This document shows positions 1 to 12,399 of a DNA stretch of 64,000 nucleotides, in pieces. The position numbers and the translations under genes are program-made. Origin of the DNA: Podarcis pityusensis (Eukaryota); assembly GCA_964106645.2 (NCBI GenBank), contig OZ067044.1. One strand, 5' to 3'. A model generated the notes under the pieces. It saw only the letters and a program-made list of their open reading frames with translations, had not been told where the DNA came from and did no database searches. Position 1 is the stretch's first letter; every line of letters starts with the position of its first letter.

Positions 1-2894
1 CAAACACCAAGCTTGTGGGCCACATACCACAACCTGCATTTCAATATGTGCAGACCATGACTGTCTCAAACTGGACAACAAATATCCTGATGCAAACCAC
101 CCTTGTGATAGAGCGTTACACAGGGACATTAAAAGCACAGCTTGTTCATTTGCTGTAGTTGCAGAGCGAGAAACCCAGGTAAGGAAAAAACAACTAAAGA
201 GGCCACTTGACTCAGTTTCCAGGGAAGAGTCAGCAGTAGTGGGCTCTGTTCTGGCTCTGATGATAGCCCAAGCACCTCCCTTGTTAAGTTTTAGGTGCTC
301 AGGTAAGGCCTTTGTGTTTGCCTCAGCTCTAGCCCCACTTCCCACCAGCATGTAGCCCCTGACAGATTGTCCCCAAGGGAATGCAGCCCTCAGCACACAA
401 CAGTTTATCTATTCCTATTCTGTGCTAAGATCCTCTGCTGATTGTTGTTTTACAAAAATAAAATAAGATCTATTTTACTGAACTGCCAAGTGGCTCTTGC
501 ATAAGATACCTGAGCAACTGGAGATCTCTTCCTGTACCCTCCGGACTAACACTGACATCGCTGAGAGAATCAGCAGCAGTGGGACAAGAATCATGGCAAT
601 ATTCTGATAATTCAAGGGAATTGTTGAAAAGGACGTCCATTATTAAGGGGTAAACTCATTGCCATCACCAAAATGGCCATTTTCACATTATACTGATGGA
701 TCAGAAGAATGGCATTGTGAGTTTCATCCAATTGTTATATGATTATCTTCATTAAAACACTTCAATCCAATTACAACAATTGATATCCCCCATCCAATTC
801 ATATTGTCAACCCTTGTGCTGCCTAATGATGAGTTGATGAGCTTTCATCAGGATAGTCCTGCACCCTCTCTCTCTCTCCCTCCTTCCCCCCCAAATTGAA
901 GATGTCACTGAAGATTAAAATTAGACCTCACATTTGCAAATGGATTGTTTTCATTACAAAGCTAGTATTAGTGCTTAATTATATCACATGCACTCAGGTA
1001 CATACCATTGCCTAGCAATACATATCATTAAATCCAAAAATAATTAGCTGACCTTTTCAGAAAGTGGTTTCCATGTCAGGTCTTTGACCTTCTTAGATTT
1101 TGCCTCAAACTTTTGGCACACCATCAAGTGCAAAATTAGGACTGATAATAAAGGCGAGACTCGTAGTGGCTTGAACTGATTCACCAGGCAGTGATGACAG
1201 CATTTGAAATGTGTTAAAGGCTCTAATGTAAATTATTTAGATTCTCTGCATGACTCATGATGGAAACTCCTTCTGCTTGAAGAGCCCAATCAATCCTCTT
1301 GCTTGATGGCAATTATAATTGAAGACAACAGCAGTCATAGGGGCAAATATTGTTCAGCCATCTCATTCTCTTACCAGCGTGCAGATATAATTGGGGCAGC
1401 TCTCTCTTTCATTGTTACCGCAGAATCACATTACAATGATTTAACCATGTAGTCCGCAAATAGGAATCCTTCTAAATCTTCAGGAGAATGTGTGGAAAAT
1501 TCAGCAGATATATTATGGGGATAATTATCCAGCCTCAGAACAATATGATGCCTTAGCTATTCTCATACATCATGTGTGCTAGAATATCCCTTTCAGTGAT
1601 GTGAGCAGTAAACCAAGTACTTCAAATCTGCAAAGAACATCTGCTCTATATTTGCTTCATTGCCTTGTCAATGGGGGTCTTACAATTAATTTCTTAATGC
1701 AATATATTTTGCGCATCATAAATGTGATGATTTTGAAAGCCTTACCTATCTGAAGTTTTGCGCATATATATATATATATCCAACAACCCCAAACTATCTA
1801 AAATCTCTCTCAATAGAAGTATTCAGCCAGCAGCGTTCAACATCAAGGAGGAAAAAAATGTTCTACAGAGCCATTATCTTAATAATCAGTTTTGCAAACC
1901 CAGTTAGAAAGACACTTTTAAGATAAATTAGGAAAGTGGAGGGGTTGTCACTAAAACATGCATGTAGTGAAGGGAATGAATTCAAAGGAGTGAAATGCCA
2001 ATGAAACAGTTCAGAAAGTATAAGAAGCTGCCACAAGATCAAACACACACTTTCCTGAGTATTATTATTTTTTTAGTCTATGTCATAAAACTCTCATGTT
2101 TCTTGGCAGTTTTAGAAAGTGGGAGTGGTGATTATTTTAACTATTATCTCCAGAAATAATGTTTTTGCAGAAGCTGATTTAATGAGGTAAGGTCTGGTGA
2201 TCTGCTAATTAAAATTCTAAAATTAGAACAAATGACAAATGTGGTGTCAGAATTTCCTGGCTGAAGAAGAACCTGCAAGTTAACAGTGATCAATGAATAG
2301 CTTTGGCTTCATGACACTGCATATTCATTTCCTGTACCTCCTCTTTTATCTGTTAATTACTACCACTTTTTGGATTAGGAGTAACGGAATCTAGATATTT
2401 TCCAACTGAAAATTCCCCATGAATATGTATCACTTGGCTAATGTGTGGCGGATTGCGAGAGGACACAATACCCTATATCCTGGATTAAAAATGTCTTTGA
2501 GAGACATTTTGACAGGAAAAGTGTCATGATTCAAAGTACATATTTTTGAAAAAAAAGATTTCAAAGCTCAGTGTGTGTTTCTTGTTCATGAAAAGGAAAA
2601 ATACACAGATCCAAAAAGAAAAATGTAGACGGAACTCATCAGAAAGATGAAGAATGGTGTAATAGAACATCTAACACGAGTTGACACAGATTTGATCTGG
2701 ACATGAAACAACCAGTTTGACATAACCTGTGAACCTCTGCCCCTGGAAGATGGCAAGACGAATATAGTTGCCAAGATTCTGTTTCAAATAGTTATGAGCT
2801 ACCAGGACCAGAGTTCAAGCTACAGATAGAACGAAACTGAGGGATAGGGAACGTGCCTGAGAGCCAATTGCAACTGATATTTTGTTATGTGCAA

Positions 2895-2960
2895 TATGCA
2901 GAAGTAATCCCCCATTGAATTCAATGGGACTGACTCCCAGGCAAATGTGTTTAGGAGTGC
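2895..2960. repeat. Short palindromic interspersed repeat family centred on CCCATTGAA.TCAATGGG (other copies ~3740-3850, 4725-4770, 16650-16770, 20585-20660, 25650-25780, 52110-52200)
   Basis: Recurrent AAGTAA.(T/C)CC(C/T)A(T/C)TGAA...AATGGG.CTTACT motif seen at many positions. Confidence 0.6.
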
Positions 2961-3039
2961 TGCCTTGGGGAGCAATTCAGCATAGCACTATGGCAATTGT
3001 TCTGTCCACAAAGGTTATTCTGCTTGCCAGACAGAACAA

Positions 3040-3052
3040 TATTATTATTATT

Positions 3053-3085
<33 letters not shown>

Positions 3086-3180
3086 TAAATTGGTATACCA
3101 CCCTATACCCACAGATCTCAGGGCAGTTCACAACATAAAATCAAAATATAAAAAACACAAAACACATAATGAAAATAAAA
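3040..3180 (-). mobile_element. L2-type LINE 3' tail with (ATT)n(CAT)n microsatellite
   Basis: The - strand reads TTTTATGTTGTGAACTGCCCTGAGATC..GGGTGGTATACCAATTT followed by a trinucleotide tract (3040-3085). Confidence 0.6.
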
Positions 3181-3969
3181 ACGAAGGCAACACAATAACC
3201 CACTCACTGTTCTGTGGTCCTCCCAACTCCCCCCCAGCTAATGCGGGGGTTCAGAGGGAGAAAAGGGGAGGGGAGCTCAAATGTGCTTATGGAAACCCTT
3301 GCATTGGCATTAGCTGAATCCTGCCTTTAATTATTGACATGGACATCTCAAGGGGCTAAGGTATAATCTTAACAATCTGTCTGAACAGAACAAGGATTTG
3401 AGCCAAGTAGCAGGAAGGATCAGGGATGGATACATCCAGGCAGGTAGCAGAGATTCCTGAAGCAGACATAGTGAAGTTGGTTTCAGAAGCATTTAGTGAG
3501 TGAACTTGCTTCAAGAGAAATATCAAAAAATGCAGCTAATCACTGGTTTAGACAGTAGATCATGATTTAAGAAGACCAAGTTGTGGGAAACTGACCATGC
3601 CACCTGCAGTCAACTGACCCTGGTCTCCTACACATAGCTCTCAGTGGTGTGGAAGCCACTATCCCATGGTGCCTTTGTACACCCTGGGGATTGCTTAAAA
3701 TTTTAAATATCACATCTTCTGTTAGAGATATGGGTTTGCGTCCAATGTTAGTTCTGTGCAGAATAGACCCATTAAAATTCATGGACATGACTAATTTAGC
3801 TTCATTAATTCCATTAATTCATTGATTTGAGTAGAACTTAATGAGCTAGGGAAGGGGAATTTGACTCTGTTTTCATTTAAGTTGCACTTTGTCAAACAAT
3901 ATACAACCAAAATTTGCAAGTTTCTGAATTTTGCAATGTAGATCTCCAGCCAAATGCCCATACTAGCGC

Positions 3970-4110
3970 AGTGGTTTCCGAAATGGCGGCCGTGGACCCC
4001 AGGGGGTCCGAGGCACCAGTCACATAACAAAATTGTCAAAGGAAGGGAGTCCATGGCTTGGCTTTTGAAAAACAGAGGGTCTGCAGTACTTAGCTAATTG
4101 AGAACACCTT
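3970..4110. mobile_element. Short hAT-like MITE
   Basis: CAGTGGTTTCCGAAA start, GTGGACCCC..GGGGTCCG internal palindrome and degenerate inverted end TTGAGAACACC. Confidence 0.5.
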
Positions 4111-5519
4111 AAATTCCTCCCAAAGGAGCTCAGGTGAGAGCAATGAAGAGGCAGAGAAGCAGCAACAGATGCCAACAGCACCAGTGAGAAGGGAGGATCA
4201 CTGAGAAAAGGGGACATGTTAAGGATGTCTTGCCTAAGAGTGCCCCGAAACCTGGCATTGGCATCGAGAAAGTTCACGTGGGAAGCACTGTGATGCTGAA
4301 ATGATTGTATGGAACATAAACTGTCAGGAGGATCATAGTGACACTTTCCCCAAATTAATCTGAAATTTGATTGTGCAGTTGGCACTATCTGTGGATGTAG
4401 TTATCGTTACCAAACCTTGTGAGTAAAATTATGTCATAATTGATCTGATGTTCAAAATTCACAATTGTTTAGGGCTGCTAATAGGTTTAAAATTAGATTG
4501 TCAGTGATTAATAAACACATTAAAATAAATATCACCAAATCTCAGTACAGGTGATACTTTGAGGATATTTTATGGCAATTTAGTTGCTTAGCTGTACCAT
4601 TTAATCAAATTACTGCTTCCATTCCAAGCCTAATTTAGAGTGATAACTTGATTATCAGCATGAGTCAGGAAAGAACATCTCTGTGTGAATGAATTACACA
4701 AACAAGCGCAAATATATCTAAGAGGACAATCCTGAGCATGCTTATCGGGAAGTAATCCTATTGAACACGAAGTGACAAATAAAAAAGCATTGCCTCGTAT
4801 GATTCAGAATGCAATTCTTTCAAAGCGGATCATGGCAAAATGTTGAAGAAAAAGACGGAGGCATGGATATGCACAAAACGCTTCAGGGATGCCACAAAAC
4901 ATTTTGTGCAGAATAATTTTAATAACAAATCTGCAATTATTTAATTCATGCTTATTGTTAATGCCTGTCAGGGAACTGTTAGCAGGCATTTAACTTTCCA
5001 CTCTCTGAATTATCCTGGCTGCCACATGCTTGTCTTTCTAATTGTATCTTTTCTCTGACTTGATCCTAGAGCAAAATGATTTCCCACATGTGCTCTCACC
5101 TTTTGACTGTGCCAACTGCAAAGCTAATCAGCTGAAGATTGGATCAGCCGCCCAAAATAGCAATATCTCATTTTCCACCTCTCTCTTTTAGGTATAACAT
5201 AACATAACAACATTGATGACTATTTGTATGGTCACCTGCACTACAACCCCCTCTTCCCCCAGTCTAGATGTCAAGGGGCTGTCTATGAGCTTTAACATGC
5301 ACATTTGATTTGGGTTTGTATTTCTAGTATTTGTGTCCATTTGAGTGTGACTATGGATTTTCATGGCTTTTGAATGGTGCCTTGTGGTTTTGCAAGGTTG
5401 ATGGTTCTGTGTAAGCAAGGACCGAGACAGCCTTGCCATGAGCACAATAGGAAGCAACTGCCTAGACTGGCAGAAAGCAGAGAAGCAACACTTAATACCA
5501 CTGACACAAATAGCTATTG

Positions 5520-6753
5520 TGTCAGAGACCTACTGGATGAGGAAGAGTGGTGGAAGCCACCCAATGCCAGGTGGCAGAGGAACCAACCCCCAAGGCCGGT
5601 AGCCAGGAATGGATAAGACAAGGAAAAGTCCTCAGCACCTGCATTTTATTCAATATTTACAGAGAGAGGCTTGGGAATGCAGCCTCTTGGAACAATGGTG
5701 TTCTCCTGAGTAAATCTCCACTCACCTTCTCTCTCACTTTCTCCTTCGTCAACAGCACCACCACCCCTACAGTTGCCGCTTAGGGCCATCTGTATTTGAG
5801 CTCTTTGCTCTCTTACTTTTAAGGCTCACTGGGTCCTGGGAGATGGTGGGTCTAGAATGCTTTCTAGTGATAACGTGTCAGCCAGCTGCTCCAGCTCTGT
5901 CCCCTCCTCCTCTCCCATTATTTCCCAACTTCTCCCCTCATCTTCCTCTGAGCTGTGATCTCCCTCAAACCCCTGTTGTAATTCTGAACTGTCTTCTTCT
6001 CCTTCTCTGGAAGGAGGCGGTCTCCACCATTCCTCCGCTGCCCAGTCCCTGTCATCCACCCAAGAGCCCTCCAGGGAAGGTACAGAAGAAGATGGCTTAG
6101 ATCCCAGATCCTGGTGGTGGGACACCAGCCATACCTCCGAGGAGGGGACAAGCTGGGAGGTACTGGAAGCAGGAAGCCTGAAGGATCACAAAGAGACTGA
6201 AGCAGGCAAGTGGCTTAGCACAGGGCAGGGTGATGCAGCGGCAGAGCTTATGACCATGCATACCCATATGCCCTCCTGTGTGCCACAGTTCAGGGTAGGA
6301 GAGGGGCGGAGAAGCTGCTGCCCACTCTCCTTCTCTCTGTGTCAAGCCTGACCCGACAGTGGAACTGCTACTCCACTGAAGGTTTCCAGTTTGGATGCAA
6401 GCTCTGACAGAGATGATAGAGGGAAGCCAGACCTGAAGCTCCTCTGCAGATCCATCCTGATAGATCTCTGGCCCCACTTACTCTTAGAACGTGAAGAATG
6501 TTACACGTTGCTGAGCAATGAGCCAGTGTTGCCGTAGCAGAAGATTACAGGGGAGGAGCCCCAGCTCAGAAGGCTAGAGACTGAAGGAGGAGCTTCACAC
6601 TAGTTCAAGGAACTTCTTCACTAGGGGAGTTTGCCTTTATGAGCTTCCTTGTATTTTTTCCTTCCCTTGATAAAGAAACTGACTGCAAATTAGCCTCACG
6701 TCTCTCTCTCTCTGACCTGTAAATGACCTGCTCCTCCTGTCAGCCCCGTGACA
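5520..6753 (+). mobile_element. Related LTR-like element (outer copy) interrupted by the 5565-6054 element
   Basis: Starts TGTCAG and ends GTGACA; sequence before 5565 (EEEWWKPP) continues after 6054 (QEPSREG). TSD not clean. Confidence 0.5.
5565..6054 (-). mobile_element. Solo LTR-like element (Gypsy-type, inner copy); related partial copy at 33725-34050
   Basis: TG...CA ends; poly(A) signal on the - strand (TTTATT ~5645); clear similarity to 33725-34050 (ATTTTATTCAATATT.ACAGAGAGAGGCTT, GAATGCTTTCTA). TSD not clean. Confidence 0.6.
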
Positions 6754-7207
6754 TATGCATACTTCAGCCTTCTTCAGTCTTTGGACTACAGTCCCCATCA
6801 GCCCAAGCCAGCAGGACAAATGACCATCCCAGGAATGTTGGACGTTGTGGACCAAAACATCTGTTGGGCAGCAGGATGGGGAGATCTGGTGTACACTATA
6901 AAGAGATTTACAAGCAAAGGCTCTATGGCCATAGCAGTGGACATCCTGCATCGACAGAGGGCTAGTATGCCTGTGCAGTGCCAATCTCTCTCTCCCCCCC
7001 GCCAATCCTGCCTTGCTCCATCCTATTAAGCAGTAGCAAAGCCACTCTTGGGAAGGCAGTAGAGTGACACTGCCTAGGGTGGTGATACTACTGCATTCAC
7101 TTTGAAAAAGGTTTTACACACACAGAGAGAGAAATCTAAAGAATTATGGCTCCCTATATGCTTTTCTTGATAATGCTATATTATCTACAGATATGTAGGT
7201 CTTAGAG

Positions 7208-7325
7208 CAACCTTCCCCAACCTGGTGCCCTCCAGTTTTTGGACTACAACTGCCACCAGCCAAGCCAAGGATGATGGGAGTTGCAGTCCAAAACATCTGG
7301 AGGGCACAAGGTTGGAAAAGGCTGT
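7208..7325. mobile_element. Palindromic hAT-type MITE (related copies ~6765-6870, 11529-11634, ~20705-20832, ~24385-24545)
   Basis: Foldback structure CCTTCCCCAACC..GTGCCCTCCAG.TTTTGGACTACAACT / AGTTGCAGTCCAAAACATCTGGAGGGCAC.AGGTTGG..AAGG. Confidence 0.75.
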
Positions 7326-7559
7326 ATTAAGGGAAAGGGAAGTAAGAAAATTCTTCAGTTTTCTGCTTCAGTGAGAAAATAATGTGGCTGGTCTTGGGCA
7401 ATGTCCACCTTGACTGAGAGTGAGTGGGAGAGTAGTTATTTGATGATGTGCTTCAAGCAGCAAAATGTCTGGAGTCATCCTTGACTGTGCTCCAGTTCTT
7501 AAGTCCCCAAACTGGAGCAGGATCTCAAGGAGCGAGGACACTCCCAAAGAGGCTACTAA

Positions 7560-7950
7560 AGTGGCGAAATACTGGAAGATGTGGCTTGGGAGAAGGTCAA
7601 AGATCTTAGGAACTGGGTTGGACTGTGAGGGGAGTGTGTGTCCACCCCCTTCCAAGGAATTAGAGAACCCCGTTTAAGGAGTCCAGGGTAGATGCTTTTG
7701 TCTGGATGCCCAGACGGGGGTCAATGGGCCATAGCACTCTCCAGAACTTGCTGGGTTGCCCTGATTTGCTGTACAAAATAAGCCAATCCTTAACCCAAGA
7801 TCATGCCTGTCAAACAAGCAACCAGCAGATGAGCTGGATGATTCAGGATACACACCAAATGCCTATGTCAAAGCCTACTGACATATGCAATCCATAAAGT
7901 TGTGGCCTGTTTAATCCCAAGACATTGTCCTGTGTTTATTGTTTCTCTCA
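7560..7950 (+). mobile_element. Degenerate copy of the AATAAAGTTGTGGCC repeat family
   Basis: CCCCGTTTAAGGA at ~7668 and CATAAAGTTGTGGCC at ~7893. Boundaries approximate. Confidence 0.45.
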
Positions 7951-9208
7951 TTGCCCCTGCTGGCCCCCAGCAGTGGAAGGCTCACTGCGCTTGGGCCTGC
8001 AATCTTAATTGCTTTATTATGAGAAATGATATGCTTTATACTTTTCCCCAGTAAATCCTACTGAGAAAAATATGTAGAAGGTGTACATAATCCTCTCCTC
8101 TTGGATTATTTATTCACATTAAAGTTGAGCACGGTTAGAATTACCTGTTTGTGGATATGAGGGAGACCAGCCATAACAAGCAACCAGGGAACTAATTATA
8201 AATCCTTTATTGAAACTCTGTCAATCAAAATAAGAAATTCTGTATACCTATGAGGATCCCTGGCCTCTTTTTCTTTCCCAGCAAGGCTTCTCATGCAATG
8301 AACAGCAGATAAACAAATACTTTGCACTGACCTGTGAAAAGGTTAAATATGAAGAGCGGAAGAAGAAAAGAGTCTAATTAGAACTGCACTGAATATTTGC
8401 AGCAGAGTTCACGCTTGTTGAGTTTTGCTATTTCATATTGCCCGGCTGGCAGATTTGGTGAACTTTATAAAAAGACTTTGAACAGGCCTCTTACTAAGAG
8501 AGCGCGAGAGAGACCGCCAAGCGATCAGATTACATGATTGAACTACCAAATTGAATCTAGATGAATTGAATTGTCAGTTAATGCTACCACGGAGACTGAT
8601 GTTGGGCCAGGGAATATGTTAAGCGATGCCAAGAAATCAAGGTCAGTATTCTGAAATGGCTCTCTAGGTCAAGGGTGGTTTTTGCACTTTGCCAAACAGG
8701 GCCACTGTTTGTACAAATGGAGCAAGATGAAATTGAGTGACCCTAGGTTCTGCCTTTGCCTCCAGCCACAAATGGTTACAGTAGTGTTCCTTGCACACAT
8801 TAAAACATGCCTGTTCAATGCTTGGCCCACAAGGCATCACCATTGAGGCAGCAAATGTGAAGCAGCCTGCTGGGTTTTTGCTCTCTAAGACAGGCGGCAA
8901 AACTGGAAAGTTTACTGAGTGTCTGCTGTTGGTATGATGTGTTTCATTTGATGGTTTACAACCTGGGCTAACCTGTAATGGCATCTTCAACAAGATATAC
9001 CTTCAACTCTCTATTTTTTTCAGCTGATCCTGTAGCTAAGAGTTGACAGGCAACAAGGGAGATGGGGAATGAATCTATTAAACAAAGGAAACACTGGTCA
9101 TGTATCTGACCTCTGGTGGACTACAGCTCCCCCTCTGATATCACTTTAAAGGTGTCCATCCTCAGTCACTTTGAGATTGCTAAGATTCTGCTAGGGCTTT
9201 AAAATGCA

Positions 9209-9560
9209 GACCCTCCAAGTGTCCCTGTTTTCCAGGGACGTCCCTGATTTAGAAAGGCTGTCCTGGTTTATGATTTGATCCTGGAATGTCCTGTTTTCCT
9301 TAGGATGTCCCTATTTTCATTGGAGAAATGTTGGAGGGTATGGAGTTATCCAGCCCCTGAGCCACATGAAGGCAATCCTGTATAGGGAAGTTTTTTTTAA
9401 TGTTTAATGTTTTATTATGTTTTTATATATGTTGGAAGCTGCCCAGGGTACTGGGGCAACCCAGTCAGATGAGTGGGGTATAAATAGTAAAATTATCATT
9501 ATGTAATGGGATGTCCCTATTTTCATCGCAGAAATGTTGGAGGATATGAAAATGGGACAT
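9209..9560 (+). mobile_element. Non-autonomous interspersed repeat (GTCCC-rich), with an L2-type tail inserted
   Basis: Reverse-complement match to 29975-30147; internal ~35-bp direct repeat at 9303-9337 and 9509-9543. Confidence 0.7.
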
Positions 9561-9591
9561 TTCAATCTAAGCAGAATTTGTTTCAAATCTA

Positions 9592-9760
9592 CCGTATTTT
9601 TCGCTCTATAACACGCACCCGACCATAACACGCACGTAGTTTTTAGAGGAGGAAAATCCGTAGGCATGCCACCCGTAGGCATTCCCTCCATAACACGCAC
9701 AGATGTTTCCCCTTACTTTCTAGGAGGAAAAAAGTGAGTGTTATGGTGCAAAAAATACGG
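9592..9760. mobile_element. Tc1/mariner-superfamily (Tc2/pogo-type) MITE
   Basis: TIRs CCGTATTTTT...AAAAATACGG, TA duplication on both sides (9590-9591, 9761-9762), three internal ATAACACGCAC repeats. Confidence 0.88.
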
Positions 9761-10379
9761 TAAGTCAAATCAACATTTTATAAATGATGAGACAAACAAA
9801 GAACAACTAAATATTGTATCATATTGAATCTTTAAGTCATTATGAGTACAGTAAGTATAGGTATAGGTTTTTCTTTTCTTCAAAAATAATAGAAACACGG
9901 TTGAAATTGTATGTTGTTTATGCCCTGTCTGCCAAGAACTGTCTGTGCATCTTTAGGCCAAACAACGGCAAGATGGATTGCAGACCATGCCAATTAGATT
10001 ACAAACAGGCCAAGCTCAGGAGTCTTGGGTTAAAGAGTCAGGTTAAAGTGGCCTTCTAGAGACAAACTAGAGAATAAAAAATATGAGTGAAGCTAACAAC
10101 AACAGCACAAACTTTTCTTATCTCTATTTGGTTCTTGTATAATCTTTGGAATTCACATAATGTTTAAGGCAAAATACGATAGCTAACACAAGCTGCGATC
10201 CAATCCACAGAAGTCCTGTGGGTGTTCACCCAAGTATGCATAAGATTGGGTAAGACATGAATGTACAAATGGCTCAAATTTTCACATGCTGATATGAATG
10301 GCAACGTTATTCAGTTCAGTGAGGGAGGGAGGGAGGAAGGGAGAGAGATAATATGTTTGCTCATATTTTGTTTCCTATA

Positions 10380-11110
10380 ATACTCCCCTCAGCGCCAGGG
10401 CGAGACAGCATCCCGTGCCATGCTGAGGGAGACACCAGCCACGTCAGGTTGCCAGGCAACCAATCAAGTCGTTTGGGGGGCATGTCCAGGGACGATTTAA
10501 ACCATGGCGCGACTCTGAGGCTTCCTCTTTCAGCCTTGCGTTGCGGATCTCCTTCCCTCCCACCCTTTTTTCAGGTTGCGTCATTGGCCTTGCTATGGAC
10601 TTCGGTTGGTCTCCATCGAGGGGCCTGGTAGGACTTTTTCCACTTGGCAAATTGGCACCAGCCACTTCGTTTTTCCTGCCTCATAGCAATTGTCACAACT
10701 TTGTAAGGTTAGGCAGTTAGGCATTGGAATAGCGATGTGTGGGGGAGGGGAGGTGCGGCCCTCACCTGCCCCTCTATGCTTAACGGTATTCCGTTAAAGG
10801 AATCTGGGGGTGTGGATCTTGTCTGAAGCCCAGGGAGGGGCTAGGGCCATGCCACGACCCCATTGGGAACCCAGGGGATGCTTGAGTCGAACTACATCTG
10901 CAGGGGCCCCCTACTGGGAGTTTACCCTTACCAGACTTCCTGCAAGGCGGGTAGGAGTCCAATATAGTCTGTTGGTGCCAATGCCTAAGCCAATACTGCT
11001 CACATTCTGTAACCAATAAAGTTGTGGCCTAAATTTTGCCCATTAACATTTAACCTAAAATTCTGTGTCCTTGTGTCTCTATTCTCCTGGGGGTGGCTTG
11101 GGGGCCTTGA
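10380..11110 (+). mobile_element. Interspersed repeat ending in AATAAAGTTGTGGCC (putative DIRS/Ngaro-type tyrosine-recombinase retroelement terminal repeat)
   Basis: CpG-rich. Shares TGTAA.CAATAAAGTTGTGGCC and upstream CCGTTAAAGGAAT/TTGGCA motifs with three other loci in the window. The superfamily assignment is an inference. Confidence 0.55.
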
Positions 11111-11528
11111 CACACAATAAGGGCCTGTTCTAAAACAGAGGCCTGATCTGCTTGTAACGCTAAGCGTGAACGAAAAAGCATGCTGGTGCACAGAGGAAAG
11201 ATTGCAGTGGCTTTGCTCCTCTCTTGCTCCTGCTGTGCATCTGAACCAGGGCTAGCAGTTTCCTTCATCCCAAACAAACCATGAACTGAAGCCATGGTTT
11301 GTTTTTGCGAATGTAGCCAGAAGCTTTCCCCCTTTCACGGCACATTTATAGCATTTTAAGGATCACTTTAGTTATTGCTGCAAAGAATTAAATGTCTTTC
11401 CTCTCAAGCATTATAAACAATAATTGAATGTTCCTGTTTCTAGATTCTGCTCACACCGAAACTGAGGGCTCAGCTAGATGTGGCAGAATCATGCATAAGA
11501 ATTTGGATTCCTGCCAAATTGTTATAGA

Positions 11529-11634
11529 GCAAGCTTCCTCAACCTCGGCCCTCCAGATTTTTGAGACTACAATTCCCAGCATCCCTGACCACTAGTCCTG
11601 CTAGCTAGGGATCATGGAAGTTGTAGGCCAAAAA
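11529..11634. mobile_element. Palindromic hAT-type MITE, truncated on the right
   Basis: CTTCCTCAACCTCGGCCCTCCAGA..GACTACAATTCCCAGCATCCCT...AGGGATCATGGAAGTTGTAGG; interrupted by the repeat at 11640. Confidence 0.7.
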
Positions 11635-11639
11635 ACCTC

Positions 11640-12110
11640 CCTCACCCATGACCGTCTCCCAAGCAATACGTAGGACAACTTGGTTATTGGGTCACCTCAG
11701 GCCACAACTTTATTGATTACAGATGTAATGGTCTTTGGCAAGGCATTGGGTATAGTCACATGTCCTCCAACCCACTTGCTGGGGTATACTGTTAGGAGTC
11801 AACCTAAGGCAAATGGCTCTATGGCACACATCAAGTAGGAACTCCTATTGGGGTTGCTGCCTAGAGGAGTGCTATAGCCCTAACCCCTGCCTGGACTTTT
11901 GGACAGAAGCAGCTCCTTCCAGATCTCTTTAATGGGATACCCTTGAAGACTGGAAGGTCAGGCAGAGGCTACAACCTCCCCTCCACCAAATCCTAAGGCT
12001 TACCCAATGCCAAAACCACCTAACTGTGACACTTGCAATGAGGTGAGCAAAACCAAAGGACAGAGCCAGTTGGTCTGGTGGACAAATTCCTACCCGGCCC
12101 TGAATACAGT
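11640..12110 (-). mobile_element. Same AATAAAGTTGTGGCC repeat family, - strand
   Basis: GGCCACAACTTTATTGATTACAGA at ~11700-11723. Confidence 0.55.
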
Positions 12111-12399
12111 GACCACTTAATTCATAGCAAAGTCAAGCAAAACCAGTAGCACCTTTCTTTGCTGGTTGGGTTCCCTCTGGAAGGAGAAGTCAGGTTGAGA
12201 CAGCCCTGGATCGCTACAGGTTGGGTTGAGCAGAGCAGCTGTCAAAAGTTGGTGTGTCAGGCAGGAAGGAGAGGCAGCTTTGAGCAAGAATACGGAGAAA
12301 CCAGGAAACAGAGGGACCACCTTTGTCGGAGAAGGTAGGGAGAGCCTTTCCCACCATACCAGGCCTTTCCTTCCTGCCCCCAAAGCAGCACTGCCCAGG

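Noticed and set aside
2882-3317. ORFs with poly-Ile and poly-Ser tracts
   Set aside because: Translations of the (ATT)n(CAT)n microsatellite; the same applies to 21346-21603.
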